A stretch of 60,080 nt of DNA, from contig CAZTNR010000001.1 in NCBI GenBank assembly GCA_964614955.1, positions 1 to 60,080 on the forward strand. Reading direction: 5' to 3'. The notes beneath the pieces are model-generated. The model ran no database searches and was not told the DNA's origin. It saw only the letters and a list, made by a program, of their open reading frames with translations. Origin of the DNA: an uncultured Oscillospiraceae bacterium (GTDB lineage Bacteria > Bacillota > Clostridia > Oscillospirales > CAG-382). Of the stretch, positions 23,883-34,372 are shown one piece after another (the first letter of the stretch is position 1; every line of letters starts with the position of its first letter). Position numbers and translations under genes: made by a program.

Positions 23883-25085
23883 ATGAGTATTGGTGCTCAG
23901 AACATCAAGAAGGTTGAGCAGGCGTTAAAGTTTAACTATCTGCCCGCCTTTGAAAATCAGATTAACACAAAGGCTTCTCCCTTTTTCGCAAAGATTAAGA
24001 GAGTTTCCTTAAAGAACAACACCATCGTAGCAACTGCTCCCGTTGGTCTTTCCGGCGGCTTCGGTTACAGCTCCGAAGGTATGGCAACACCTGCGGCAGG
24101 TCCTCAGAAGTACGAAGGCTTCAAGCTTTCTGCTGCCGACATGTATGTAAACGTATGCATTTCTCAGAAGGCTGTAAAGCTTGGCGGCAGTTCAGGCTCT
24201 ATGGTTGACATCCTTGACGGCGAAATCAAGGGTGCATATGAGGCTGCAAAGTGGAACGTGGCACGTTCCGTATTTGGCAACGGCACAGGTGTGCTTGTTT
24301 CGTGTCAGTTTGGCAACTTCGCAGATAATAGCACAACAAGCACAGCAACTAATGTTTCCGACATCAAGAATGTTATCGAGGGTCTTATTGTTGACATTTA
24401 TGAATCTGCAACCGGCAACAAGGCTGATACATTAAGAATCAAGAGCGTTGACAGAGTCAATAAGACTGTTACATTCTGGGAGCCCACTAACAGTGTGCTT
24501 GCAAACACAAGCTACTTCCTTACTGTTCAGAACTCTTACAACAACGAAATCACAGGTATCGGTGCTATCTTCGACGACGCTGTTGACGAAATCTACGGCG
24601 TAAAGAAGAGCGAAAACCTCTTTATCAAGCCTGTTGTAAGAGATGCAGGCGGTGACATTTCCGATGCTATCATCAGAGATGCACTCAGAGAAGCAAGTGA
24701 AGTCAAGAACAACGACGTTGATATGCTTCTTTGCGGTTACAAGGCTTACGATGCGTATGCAGAATACCTCAAGGTTAACAACATCAGCGTTGTTGACAAG
24801 GTTATTGCAGGCGGTTTCAAGGCTATCAACTTCAGACTTGACAACAGAGAAATCGACCTTGTTACCGAAAGATTCGTTCCCGACTACGAAATGTGGGGTG
24901 TCAACTCCGACTCCTTCAAGTTCCACTGCACAGACTGGGAATTCGCAGACCTTCAGGGCGGCGGTATTTTCAATCTTATGGAAAATCAGTCGGTTTACCG
25001 TGCACTTCTTGCCAACTACGGCAACCTTATGTGCGACAATCCCGGCGGTTGTGTAAGAATTCACAACATCGGCACAGCTGTTTAA
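23883..25085 (+). CDS. Major capsid protein
   Basis: 400 aa. Strong RBS aaaggag. The position follows the scaffold gene. Confidence 0.7.
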   Translation: MSIGAQNIKKVEQALKFNYLPAFENQINTKASPFFAKIKRVSLKNNTIVATAPVGLSGGFGYSSEGMATPAAGPQKYEGFKLSAADMYVNVCISQKAVKLGGSSGSMVDILDGEIKGAYEAAKWNVARSVFGNGTGVLVSCQFGNFADNSTTSTATNVSDIKNVIEGLIVDIYESATGNKADTLRIKSVDRVNKTVTFWEPTNSVLANTSYFLTVQNSYNNEITGIGAIFDDAVDEIYGVKKSENLFIKPVVRDAGGDISDAIIRDALREASEVKNNDVDMLLCGYKAYDAYAEYLKVNNISVVDKVIAGGFKAINFRLDNREIDLVTERFVPDYEMWGVNSDSFKFHCTDWEFADLQGGGIFNLMENQSVYRALLANYGNLMCDNPGGCVRIHNIGTAV

Positions 25086-25190
25086 GTGATTACATAGCTT
25101 ACCTCACCCTCAAAAGGGGTGGGGTTGGCACTTGCTGAAACACAAATACAGTCCTATTCAAAATATATTTTCAACAAAGGCGGTGTAAAA

Positions 25191-25532
25191 GTGAAATTAC
25201 TAAAGGTTTTTGAAAAGGTAAACCTTGTTTTTCCTCTTGAACAGAGGGATTTTCTCAGTTACTTTGAAGATACTGTGGCTGAGCTTTCTTCAATGTACGG
25301 CGAGAAGTTTATATTTTCAGACGGCAAGTATGATTTTACACCGCCTGAATCTATCAATTCGGAAGTTCCGGTATTGGAATACTATCAAAAGGCAATTACC
25401 GAGAACATTCTTTTTCTTGCAGGTGCAGGAGACGAACACAAAAGCGAATTTATGAGGCAGGCAAAAGACGCCTATCTCAAATACTGGAGCGACAACGCAA
25501 AGGGCAAAAAGTTAAGGAGGAACGGGTGGTAA
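25191..25532 (+). CDS. Head-associated small structural protein (hypothetical)
   Basis: GTG start after aaaggcgg. Assigned by synteny only. Confidence 0.45.
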   Translation: MKLLKVFEKVNLVFPLEQRDFLSYFEDTVAELSSMYGEKFIFSDGKYDFTPPESINSEVPVLEYYQKAITENILFLAGAGDEHKSEFMRQAKDAYLKYWSDNAKGKKLRRNGW

Positions 25533-26128
25533 TGTTTGACAGCGGTATCAAGGTCGCAGACCTTATAGAAGAAATAAAGAACGAAGCTGACATTGCAATT
25601 CCTATTTCCGATGCTTCCTACGTCGGATGGCTTAATGCGTTGGAACAGCTTATTTATTCGGAAATTATAAAGGAACAGGCGAAGGTCTTGGCTGTTCCCG
25701 AGGCACATACGGTAGAGCTTTCAACGATTGACGTTCCCGAAGGTCAGGACGGCATAAGGTTTGAAGACATTTATGCGGTATACAGCGATGGTTTACAGCT
25801 GAAGTTTTCTACCCTTACAAGCGGTGTGATTTTTTCGAAGACATACTACAAATCAGAAAACAATCTTGGTCTTTCCGAGGATGTAAGCGGAGAGATTAAA
25901 GTTATATACACAGTAAGACCGTCAATAAAGACGGTTGACAGCATCGAGGACGGCGTTGTTATGCTCCCGACTGAGTTTATCGACCTTGCAAAGGCGAAGC
26001 TCAGAGGTGAGGCTTACAAGCTGGCAAATGAGGATGTTTTGGCGGCAAAGTGGCTTAACGACTACAACGTCTTACTTGAAACATTCAAGGCGTGGGTTCA
26101 GAGCAAGGCTCCCGCATTTGGCATATAA
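25532..26128 (+). CDS. Structural protein (hypothetical; head completion or adaptor position)
   Basis: TAATG overlap with the previous gene. The ORF also opens at GTG 25526. Confidence 0.5.
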   Translation: MFDSGIKVADLIEEIKNEADIAIPISDASYVGWLNALEQLIYSEIIKEQAKVLAVPEAHTVELSTIDVPEGQDGIRFEDIYAVYSDGLQLKFSTLTSGVIFSKTYYKSENNLGLSEDVSGEIKVIYTVRPSIKTVDSIEDGVVMLPTEFIDLAKAKLRGEAYKLANEDVLAAKWLNDYNVLLETFKAWVQSKAPAFGI

Positions 26129-26140
26129 GGCGGTGGAACT

Positions 26141-27760
26141 ATGGCAAAAAAGGAAGAAGGGCTTACATATCTTCAGATGCCTCTGCCGTCGGCATCCAAA
26201 AAGTCGAAGCTTGTCAAGAAGACGTGGCAGGGTTACAACAGACGGCAGACGGTTGATACGGGTATGCTTTCGGTTGAAAGCAACGTTTCAACGGCCGAGG
26301 CTCCGTATCTTGTGCCGGCAGAAAAGGCACAAACTGTTACGGGGACCACGCACGATGGTTCTATCGGCATAGGTTTATTCGGATTTGCCGACTTTCTTAT
26401 CTACATATACGGGACAAAAGAGGAAGACGACAAGTACACGATATACATTGAAAAGATTACGGTCGAAGACGGTGCTTACAAGATTATAAAAGGCGTTCTC
26501 AAAGAAGGCGCTTCGGAAGATGATTGCAAAGTTCAGAGAAGCGTCGTGCAGTTCAACGTATACAACGTAGTAACTGACCCTGCAGAAGGCATTTATTACA
26601 AGAAGATACTGGTTTTTCCTGACAAGGTTTCGCTTGATTATGAAGTTGAAGAGGTTGAAGAAGCTCCGACGAAAGACGACACAAGGGAACACGTTACATA
26701 TAAGTGCGGCGACAAGTTTTACAGGTTAGAAGAAGACCTTGAAGCGCAAGAAAAGGAAGTCAAGGAATACGAGGAGCTCCCTTGTTTTTACCTTGGCAAC
26801 GCATACCCTGACATCAAGTATGCTACGGTTCATTTGTCAAGGCTTTTCGGTGTTGACGACGGCAGGGTTTACGCAAGCGGTTTCAACGACTATGCAAACT
26901 GGAACCTTGACACCGAAGACGAATACAACGAAGCAAACGCGTGGTGTTCTTCATCCGGTGCAAACGCCAAAGCGGGCGGTGAATTTACGGGCATTACGGC
27001 ATTTCAGGGGCACGTAATATGTTTCAAAAAAGATTTTATGCACGAGCTTTACAACACCAAGAATCCCTTCAGGATACAGGACATTTATGCCGAAGGGTGC
27101 ATAGACAACAGGACGATTCAGGACGTTGATGGTCAGCTTATATTTGTGTCCGAGGACAACGTAAAGGTATACACGGGGTCAAATCCGAGAATTCTCAGTT
27201 ACAATCTCGGCATCAAGGAATACAGAAACCCCGTATCGGGCACAGACGGCAGAAACTACTATCTTTACTGTCAAGACGAGAATGGTGAAGGGCACGTATT
27301 TGTGTATGATACCTTCTGTTCGTCCTGGTCGAGAAGGAATATTGATGTTGACGGCGTTTGCGGTTTCGCAAAATGCAGTCACGGTATGTACTTGTGTTGC
27401 AATGACGGTGAAAGCACAAGTCTTGAAAAGCTTGACACGGGCGTTTATGGCACCTGGGGCTTTGAAACAGACCTTGTTACAAACGAAAGCTGTGACATAA
27501 AGCACATTGAAAAGCTGCAGATGTTCTGTGACATATCCGAGGGTGCGAGGCTTGCCGTGTGCTTCAAATATGACAACGAAGAAGGTCTTCACGAAGTGTG
27601 GAAATGCCTAAGACAGCGAAGCGACATACAGAAAGTTATCCGTGTAAAGCCGAGAATGACGGCGCATCACGGGTTTAAGATGCGCGTAGAAGGCTACGGA
27701 TTTGTGAGAATACGCAGTATGGAGTTACTTGTTCAAGGAGGCGGTGATTTATATGTTTAA
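26141..27760 (+). CDS. Virion structural protein, 539 aa (hypothetical)
   Basis: Assigned by synteny within the structural operon. Confidence 0.55.
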   Translation: MAKKEEGLTYLQMPLPSASKKSKLVKKTWQGYNRRQTVDTGMLSVESNVSTAEAPYLVPAEKAQTVTGTTHDGSIGIGLFGFADFLIYIYGTKEEDDKYTIYIEKITVEDGAYKIIKGVLKEGASEDDCKVQRSVVQFNVYNVVTDPAEGIYYKKILVFPDKVSLDYEVEEVEEAPTKDDTREHVTYKCGDKFYRLEEDLEAQEKEVKEYEELPCFYLGNAYPDIKYATVHLSRLFGVDDGRVYASGFNDYANWNLDTEDEYNEANAWCSSSGANAKAGGEFTGITAFQGHVICFKKDFMHELYNTKNPFRIQDIYAEGCIDNRTIQDVDGQLIFVSEDNVKVYTGSNPRILSYNLGIKEYRNPVSGTDGRNYYLYCQDENGEGHVFVYDTFCSSWSRRNIDVDGVCGFAKCSHGMYLCCNDGESTSLEKLDTGVYGTWGFETDLVTNESCDIKHIEKLQMFCDISEGARLAVCFKYDNEEGLHEVWKCLRQRSDIQKVIRVKPRMTAHHGFKMRVEGYGFVRIRSMELLVQGGGDLYV

Positions 27761-28796
27761 CAAGCCAATCGAGGAAATGGATTTCAAAGAGCTGAGGAGT
27801 GCTGTTCTGCTGATTTACGACGCCTTCGAGAAACATAGGCGGGAGCTTGCCGATCTTCTTGAAAATCTCGGTATGGATAACTTCTCGGGTGTATTCAAGA
27901 AAGAACTGGATGGGATGCTTGCAAGCGTTTCGATTACGGAAGAGGGCATTCAAACTATGGTGTCCAAGGCGAACGAATATACTGACGAAAAGCTAAAGGA
28001 ATACTCGACAACCACTCAGACGGCTGACCGAATCACAAGCGAGGTCGGTGTTTTAAGGGGTGAGGTTGCGAATACATATTCGACAAAAGATCAGACGGCC
28101 TATGAGATTTCGGCAGCTGTCACGAGCGTAAACGAAAACAACGGAGAACGTGATGAAAGAATATCTGAGCTCGAGCAGACTGCCAATAAAATAGAAGCCA
28201 GCGTGGAATCGGCGAAAACGAGCGCATCGATAGCAGAATCCAACAGTAGTCAAGCGTTGCAGACATCGGATATGATACGAACGGTTGTTTCTAAGCAGAC
28301 AGAAATAAGGGATGCAGAAACGGTTACAGACGAAACCGGAATGGTCGATGAAGATAAAATTTACAGAGTTTTCGACGAAAAAATTGGTGATACATTCTAT
28401 TACTATGATTCAAAAAACGAAAAATGGACGCCTTTCTTATGCAACTCAATGTTCTCGGTGTTTGAGCAGACTGCAGAAGGGTTCATACTAAAGGGAAATG
28501 TCTCCATAGACGGCGACCTCATAGGTGGAACGGTTTCAGGCGTGACCGTAACTACCACTACAGACGGTATTGGCGACGAAGTCAGGCTAAACAGTGACAA
28601 CGACAGTCTTGAATTGACTTATGGAAATGACAACGTAATAGGGCGCTGGAGCGTTAAAGACGGCGGTGCGACCAGCCTTGCCGCGATAAACAATGCAATT
28701 CTTTACGCTGAAGGAAAGTGGATTTTTACAGGCGGTGTTGATTTCTTTTATGCTTCGGTCTCGGGTCTTGGTGTAGTGCCTGTGTTCGGAGAATAG
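27753..28796 (+). CDS. Fibre/needle-like structural protein with a coiled-coil region
   Basis: The ATG at 27753 follows aggagg. The central part is T/S/E-rich and helical. Confidence 0.5.
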   Translation: MFNKPIEEMDFKELRSAVLLIYDAFEKHRRELADLLENLGMDNFSGVFKKELDGMLASVSITEEGIQTMVSKANEYTDEKLKEYSTTTQTADRITSEVGVLRGEVANTYSTKDQTAYEISAAVTSVNENNGERDERISELEQTANKIEASVESAKTSASIAESNSSQALQTSDMIRTVVSKQTEIRDAETVTDETGMVDEDKIYRVFDEKIGDTFYYYDSKNEKWTPFLCNSMFSVFEQTAEGFILKGNVSIDGDLIGGTVSGVTVTTTTDGIGDEVRLNSDNDSLELTYGNDNVIGRWSVKDGGATSLAAINNAILYAEGKWIFTGGVDFFYASVSGLGVVPVFGE

Positions 28797-28806
28797 GTGA
28801 CGGTAT

Positions 28807-29997
28807 ATGGCAAAAGTTGAAATTGTAGAATCCGACGTAATTGAACTTAGTTTCAGGTTTCGCATTTATGATATCGAAGAAGAATTTTACGGTGCTCAAA
28901 TATGGTGGAAGGCGGGTCCTGTATTCGAACCTACAATAGACGGATGGTCAGACGAAGCGATGATGACGTTTAACGGTGATGACATCATTCCCGAAGGCGT
29001 GACCGAATGCAAGAGTGATACAATTTTCGGTTACAAATGGACAGAAAATTCGGACGTCACTCCCGATTTCGGAACAAGTCATTTCAAGGTCGGTCTTGTT
29101 TATCACTTCTCTTTTAACTATGTCAAAGAGGGCGAATTCGGAGTTTTCAACTCGCTTGCAGACGTTGTAATCAAGGACAGCGCGAGCTATGACGCCGAAT
29201 TGCCATTGACCATTGTACAGGCGCTTCCCGGAAGTAATTCAGCTTATTTCGAATGCGACTTTGGGGGCTTATTTTCGGGCAATTATATTGATGACTTTGC
29301 ATATTCCACTATCACAATATTCCGTGCGGATGGCGTTGTAATGGCGCCCGAGTTTTATTACGAGGACATTGAGACCGCGCTGACGGTACTGGAAAGAAAC
29401 GGTAGTGTGGTTAAGTGGGAAATGCTTGTGGGGGACACATTCAACACGCCTATTGGATTTTACATTCAAACTCAAACGCACACAAGACCAATCAATGCGG
29501 AAGATGGGTGGGATTCAATATATGCAACCCATTCAAGCAGTTCTTCTGAAACGGTGTATGTCACTTTAGTTGATGAGGATGCACCGGTATGCGAAATATT
29601 GGTGACGTTTAGGGATGCCAATTTCGCTTCCAGCGGAACAAGAGTAACGGGAACAATTAAAAACTGTCCAATAATTTCAGCGTCAGACTGGAATCAGTTT
29701 TGCTCCGACATCAATGCGGTAAGAGCCAAGGCAACCAAAAAGGGTGTAAACTTGCCTGAGTGGTATTTTGAATCCGTAGAGGGAGGCGTTACGGAAATGG
29801 GCGCCCTTCTGTTTAAAAACGTGTTTGATGCGGTTTGCGACACCTGCCCGAGTACGGTTGAAGTGCCCCAATCGAATGTTGATTTCGAAAAAGGCGTAGA
29901 TATAAGCGGCGAAGCGTTATATATTCTTCTTGGTAGGCTCGCAGTTGCTCTACGGGAGAGCAGAGACTGTTATTGGAGTTTTAGCGACAATACATAA
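28807..29997 (+). CDS. Virion structural protein, 396 aa (hypothetical)
   Basis: Assigned by synteny. Confidence 0.5.
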   Translation: MAKVEIVESDVIELSFRFRIYDIEEEFYGAQIWWKAGPVFEPTIDGWSDEAMMTFNGDDIIPEGVTECKSDTIFGYKWTENSDVTPDFGTSHFKVGLVYHFSFNYVKEGEFGVFNSLADVVIKDSASYDAELPLTIVQALPGSNSAYFECDFGGLFSGNYIDDFAYSTITIFRADGVVMAPEFYYEDIETALTVLERNGSVVKWEMLVGDTFNTPIGFYIQTQTHTRPINAEDGWDSIYATHSSSSSETVYVTLVDEDAPVCEILVTFRDANFASSGTRVTGTIKNCPIISASDWNQFCSDINAVRAKATKKGVNLPEWYFESVEGGVTEMGALLFKNVFDAVCDTCPSTVEVPQSNVDFEKGVDISGEALYILLGRLAVALRESRDCYWSFSDNT

Positions 29998-30015
29998 CGA
30001 AAGGACGAACAAACT

Positions 30016-30357
30016 ATGATTTATGGCGAATTTAAGAAAAGTCACGGCGACCATTACGGGTTTAACTACTGTTTTGAAGGTGAGATTCCTTCAGGCGAAG
30101 TGGTAATTCTCAAGGTTCCGCTTGTGACGGCAAACAAAAGAAGCGTCAACGACATCGGGTGGATGGTTGAGTGCGGAGTTGATGAGGATGCGGCTTCCGT
30201 ATTTGTAAGCGGAACTCTCTCTTCGGTTGTTGGCGAAGGCTCGATATGGCAGGAGCTTATCCCGGGCGAAGATGTCAACAAGACACTTTCGGGCATCAAG
30301 ATTACAAACAGTAGTGCAAATCCCTGCCGTGCCGTTGTCAGAGTCATTCTCTGTTAA
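30016..30357 (+). CDS. Hypothetical structural protein
   Basis: 113 aa. Assigned by synteny. Confidence 0.5.
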   Translation: MIYGEFKKSHGDHYGFNYCFEGEIPSGEVVILKVPLVTANKRSVNDIGWMVECGVDEDAASVFVSGTLSSVVGEGSIWQELIPGEDVNKTLSGIKITNSSANPCRAVVRVILC

Positions 30358-30369
30358 GGAGGTATCGGT

Positions 30370-33150
30370 ATGGCAGTAAAAGGCAATACATCAAAAAGGT
30401 ACCCGAACTCGGGGCAGTATGACGAAGGTATTGGCAAGATTGCTGAGAACCACATAAACAACAAAGGAAATCCTCACGGAGTTACAGCTGAGCAGATAGG
30501 TGCGGCTGAAAAGGGGCACGGGCACGAGCTTGCGGGTTACAAAACAATACAGATTTCTCTTATAGGAATAACAACAGGCGGAAGCGGCAGTGAAGTCAAT
30601 TTTATTACTGATACCACAATTACAGAAAGTGCTTTAGGAACATATCAGGTTGACTATCAAGGCGAAGCGAAATTAAAGGTCAATTGCGTTAGCAACAATG
30701 CAGGAATGTTTGAAGTCGGTTTCTATATTGACAATGTGCTTATGACTTCCGATGACAATTATAACTTTGAATGGTCAGGAGTTATTGAGCAAGGCATAAA
30801 AATTGTGCTTTATGACGGCACCGTAACCTTTGAACAGTTTGACGGAGTTGGCTATAAAAGCGGTTTTATGTCTCCCGAAATGCTCGCAATGCTTCTTTCG
30901 GCGGTAAGCAAAGAGGCGCTTGACAAGATTCTTGAGTCCTACTACGACGCCTCTGACATCAAGGCAGGGTATTACGACAGAACCGAAGTAAATGCCCTTA
31001 TTGACGGCGTAAGGGTCATTGTAGACCGGGAGTACAACAAGGACAGCGGAAACGCTCAAAGCGGCAAGGCGGTTGCTCAAGCTATAGCCGAGGAAGTTGC
31101 AAAGATTATAAACTCCTCGCCCGAAGCATTGAACACGCTCTCTGAACTTGCAAAGGCACTCGGCAATGACCCCAACTTCGCAACCACCGTAATGACGGAA
31201 ATCGGCAAAAAGGCGAACTCTGCCGACGTTTATTCAAAGGTTGTAATGGATGGGAAGCTTTCGGGCAAGGTTGATGTTGGTGCTGTATTAACACCTTCGG
31301 AAACAGAGGCGATGTTCCTTAGATACAACAGTCAGGTAAACAAAGAGGTTGACCACAAGATTGCGGTATCAGAGGCGAACATTGACAAGAAAAACGCGGA
31401 CAACCAAACCGTTGTAAGCGGTCTCAAGGATGCGGCAGAAAGTGCGGCAAGTGAGGCAAAAGAAGCAAAGGCAAGTGCGGAAACGGCGGCGACAAACGCA
31501 CAGACGCTTGTTGACCAAGCCAATGCAAGGCTTGACAATGTTTATGACAAGGAAGTTATGGACGAAGCTCTTGGCAAAAAGGCGAACAGCAACGAAGTAT
31601 ATCCCAAAAGTCAAACTTTTTCAAAAGACGAAATCGTCAAGGCTATTGCGGATGCTGTGGCGGGTCTTGTGGATTCCTCTCCCGAAACGCTTGACACACT
31701 AAAAGAGGTTGCCGCAGCTCTCGGCGATGACCCGAACTTTGCTACGACGATAATGACGCTTCTCGATGAAAAGGCGAATTCCAAAGACGTTTACACTACA
31801 GCTCAGACGGATGCGGCTATCTCGGAAGCGATAAAGGGCAAGGCAAGCTCTGCGGACGTTGCGGCGGCTCTTGAAAAGAAGGCGGATGCCGAAAACGTAT
31901 ACTCGAAGGACGAAGCGAGTGAGCTTCTAAGCAAAAAGGCGGACAAGTCTGAGGCTGCAAATGCAATCAAAGGCAATGCGGGCGGTGAGATTGTGGCAAT
32001 AGATGACGTGAGTCCTGTTGAACACAACATTAGTGTCAAGCTTCGCAGTGAGAATCTTTTGCCTGTACCGTATTATGAAACAAGCAAGGAGCTTGGCGGT
32101 GTTACATTCACGGCGCAGGATGACGGTGGAATTCTTCTCAGCGGTACTCCTACTGAATATACGTATTTAAGATTATACAACGGTGCGGCTTTGGAAAAAG
32201 AAAAGCCTATTACCGTTTCTTTGACGGGTGAATTCACAAACGCTGTTTTTGATTTTGTGTTGCTGAATGCAAGCGGCATTGCGATTGCCGCGTTCTCTTC
32301 AACGACCGGAGACGGCAATGTGAGAACAATAAACACAAAGGACTATCCGATGGCAACTAGGTGGACGCTTACAATTAAAAGAGAAAAAAACGACGTCGAA
32401 ACGACGGGTGTTGTTTATCCCAAGATTGAGATTGGTGAGGTTGTGACTCCTTATAAGCCTTGGGTTGATGTATCGGGCGTAAAGGTGACAAGGTGCGGCG
32501 ACAACTTACTTCCTTATCCGTATTATCATACGACAAGAACGTCGAGTGGTGTTACTTTCACAGATAACGGTGACGGTAGCATTACATTAAACGGAACGGC
32601 AGAAGCAAACAACGCAGCAGGTTTTTATTTTATAAGAGGAATACCATTTAATTTTAAAGACGGTGTCACATATTATGCACCTGACTTTTCGGACAAAGGA
32701 CTTTCACTTATTATTCTATATTTTGATGAAAACGGTACGAGTGTATACGGAAGAAATGCTGTTACTTGGAAAAAGGAATATGAATTTCAACTGATTTGGT
32801 TATCCGTTTCGAAAGCGGGAACGACTCTAACAAACGAGGTCATATATCCATATTTAAGTGTAAGAGAAGATGCTAAATACGAAAAGTATGAGGGTGAAGT
32901 TTTTGAAGTTGATGCCGAAACAAACACTGTAGAAATTCCTGCATTATATCCTACGACAACTCTTTTCACAGACATTGACGGTGCTGTGATTGATGCTGAG
33001 TACAACAAGGATTTGAACAGGGCATTCGGCGACATTGATTCGGCTCTTGATGCGGTTCTTGATGCGGTTCTTGCCATTCAGGACAGTCTCATAGGTGATT
33101 ATGTGGCTGAAGAAGCCGCGACCGTTGACGAAGGTGGTGATGTTGTATGA
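30370..33150 (+). CDS. Tail fibre protein
   Basis: Two copies of the phage fibre repeat motif: SSPEALNTLSELAKALGNDPNFATTVM and SSPETLDTLKEVAAALGDDPNFATTIM. Two paralogous distal modules follow. Confidence 0.8.
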   Translation: MAVKGNTSKRYPNSGQYDEGIGKIAENHINNKGNPHGVTAEQIGAAEKGHGHELAGYKTIQISLIGITTGGSGSEVNFITDTTITESALGTYQVDYQGEAKLKVNCVSNNAGMFEVGFYIDNVLMTSDDNYNFEWSGVIEQGIKIVLYDGTVTFEQFDGVGYKSGFMSPEMLAMLLSAVSKEALDKILESYYDASDIKAGYYDRTEVNALIDGVRVIVDREYNKDSGNAQSGKAVAQAIAEEVAKIINSSPEALNTLSELAKALGNDPNFATTVMTEIGKKANSADVYSKVVMDGKLSGKVDVGAVLTPSETEAMFLRYNSQVNKEVDHKIAVSEANIDKKNADNQTVVSGLKDAAESAASEAKEAKASAETAATNAQTLVDQANARLDNVYDKEVMDEALGKKANSNEVYPKSQTFSKDEIVKAIADAVAGLVDSSPETLDTLKEVAAALGDDPNFATTIMTLLDEKANSKDVYTTAQTDAAISEAIKGKASSADVAAALEKKADAENVYSKDEASELLSKKADKSEAANAIKGNAGGEIVAIDDVSPVEHNISVKLRSENLLPVPYYETSKELGGVTFTAQDDGGILLSGTPTEYTYLRLYNGAALEKEKPITVSLTGEFTNAVFDFVLLNASGIAIAAFSSTTGDGNVRTINTKDYPMATRWTLTIKREKNDVETTGVVYPKIEIGEVVTPYKPWVDVSGVKVTRCGDNLLPYPYYHTTRTSSGVTFTDNGDGSITLNGTAEANNAAGFYFIRGIPFNFKDGVTYYAPDFSDKGLSLIILYFDENGTSVYGRNAVTWKKEYEFQLIWLSVSKAGTTLTNEVIYPYLSVREDAKYEKYEGEVFEVDAETNTVEIPALYPTTTLFTDIDGAVIDAEYNKDLNRAFGDIDSALDAVLDAVLAIQDSLIGDYVAEEAATVDEGGDVV

Positions 33151-33848
33151 CTCCGGCCGAGAAGTTAATAAAGATTGCTGAGAATGAGCAAAGGGTTTAC
33201 GATGCAGGGGTTGAAGCAGGTAAGGCTCAGGGTGGTACAGATTGGTTGTATTATGCAAACCGAGTAAACAACACTTTCGGCGGTGTTGAATTTCCTGAAA
33301 ACACGGAATTTATAGGACGTTTCAAGGGTGCGGTAGATTACGGCTATATGTTTAATAATTGCAGTAACCTCAAATCGGTCAAAATGATAACCGAAACACC
33401 CGATACCGTTTTGAGTATGGTAGCCTTTTGCGCTATTGGTTCTAAAACACCGACACTTGAGCTTGTTGACTTATCGGAGTTCAACAAACAATACAGCAAC
33501 ACGTTTAATATGTTTTCTCAGCAAACTAAATTAAAGACTGTATTGGGTGCTATGGATTTAACAAGCTGTACAGATGCTACGAATATGTTCAGAAACAACG
33601 ATTCACTTGAAGATGTAGAGTTTGCCGAGGGCACAATAAGCACAAATCTTGTTTTTTCTGCTTGTATAAATCTTAAAGCACAAAGTCTTAACAGCATTAT
33701 GAGAGGTCATTCAAAGACATCAACAGGGGTTACATTGACGTTGCCTGCTTATGACATCGTTAAGGCAACCTATGATGCGGTTTACGGCGACGGTGCGTGG
33801 GATGCAATTGCGGCTGAGTACAGCAATATAACTTTTATGTACAGTTAA
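33147..33848 (+). CDS. Tail-fibre-associated protein with LRR-like (BspA-type) repeats, hypothetical
   Basis: Recurrent F.NC.NLK / L..V.L segments. Confidence 0.4.
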   Translation: MTPAEKLIKIAENEQRVYDAGVEAGKAQGGTDWLYYANRVNNTFGGVEFPENTEFIGRFKGAVDYGYMFNNCSNLKSVKMITETPDTVLSMVAFCAIGSKTPTLELVDLSEFNKQYSNTFNMFSQQTKLKTVLGAMDLTSCTDATNMFRNNDSLEDVEFAEGTISTNLVFSACINLKAQSLNSIMRGHSKTSTGVTLTLPAYDIVKATYDAVYGDGAWDAIAAEYSNITFMYS

Positions 33849-33858
33849 GGAGGACACT

Positions 33859-34086
33859 ATGAAAATATCAACAAGAACAGTTTTACAGGCTGATGAGGGT
33901 ATGATACTCACTGACGGTGAAAGCTACGGCAGAACGGTAATGCTCGCCGAAGGCAGAAGTGCTGAGGAGTTTCATGAGATTACCGAAGAAGAGTATGACG
34001 AGATTATAAGGGAGCAGGAAGCTTTGCCTGAGGAAGTACCTGACGAAGGTGAAGAAGTTCAGGAGGCAGAGAGCGATGGATCTTGA
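33859..34086 (+). CDS. Small acidic hypothetical protein
   Basis: 75 aa. RBS aaggagg. Confidence 0.55.
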   Translation: MKISTRTVLQADEGMILTDGESYGRTVMLAEGRSAEEFHEITEEEYDEIIREQEALPEEVPDEGEEVQEAESDGS

Positions 34087-34372
34087 ACACGAAAAGAGGC
34101 TAACGGACGTTGAAGGACGTGCAAAGTCCAACGCTCACAGAATTGACGAGCTCGAAAAGAGAGCCGATGACACGGAGAAGCTTGTGACAAGTGTTGCGGT
34201 TATTGCCGAAAAGCAAAGCACTATGGACGGCGACATAAAGGAAATGAAGGGCGACGTCAAGAAGCTTGTGGAAAAGCCCGGCAAACGTTGGGACGGTGCT
34301 GTTGACAAGGTCATATATGCAATTCTTGCCGGAATTGTGGCGTTTCTGCTTGCCAAAGGAGGTATCGGGTGA
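34076..34372 (+). CDS. XhlA-like lysis-associated membrane protein
   Basis: N-terminal coiled coil (RLTDVEGRAKSNAHRIDELEKR) and a C-terminal TM helix VIYAILAGIVAFLLA. Confidence 0.5.
   Translation: MDLEHEKRLTDVEGRAKSNAHRIDELEKRADDTEKLVTSVAVIAEKQSTMDGDIKEMKGDVKKLVEKPGKRWDGAVDKVIYAILAGIVAFLLAKGGIG

Noticed and set aside
24432-25064. Minus-strand 210-aa ORF inside the capsid gene
   Set aside because: It is antisense to the major capsid ORF, has no RBS and is a shadow frame.
25096-25125. Hairpin cctcaccc/ggggtggg just after the capsid gene
   Set aside because: It could be an attenuator giving capsid over-expression, but it has no T-run and relies on G-T pairing. Noted only.
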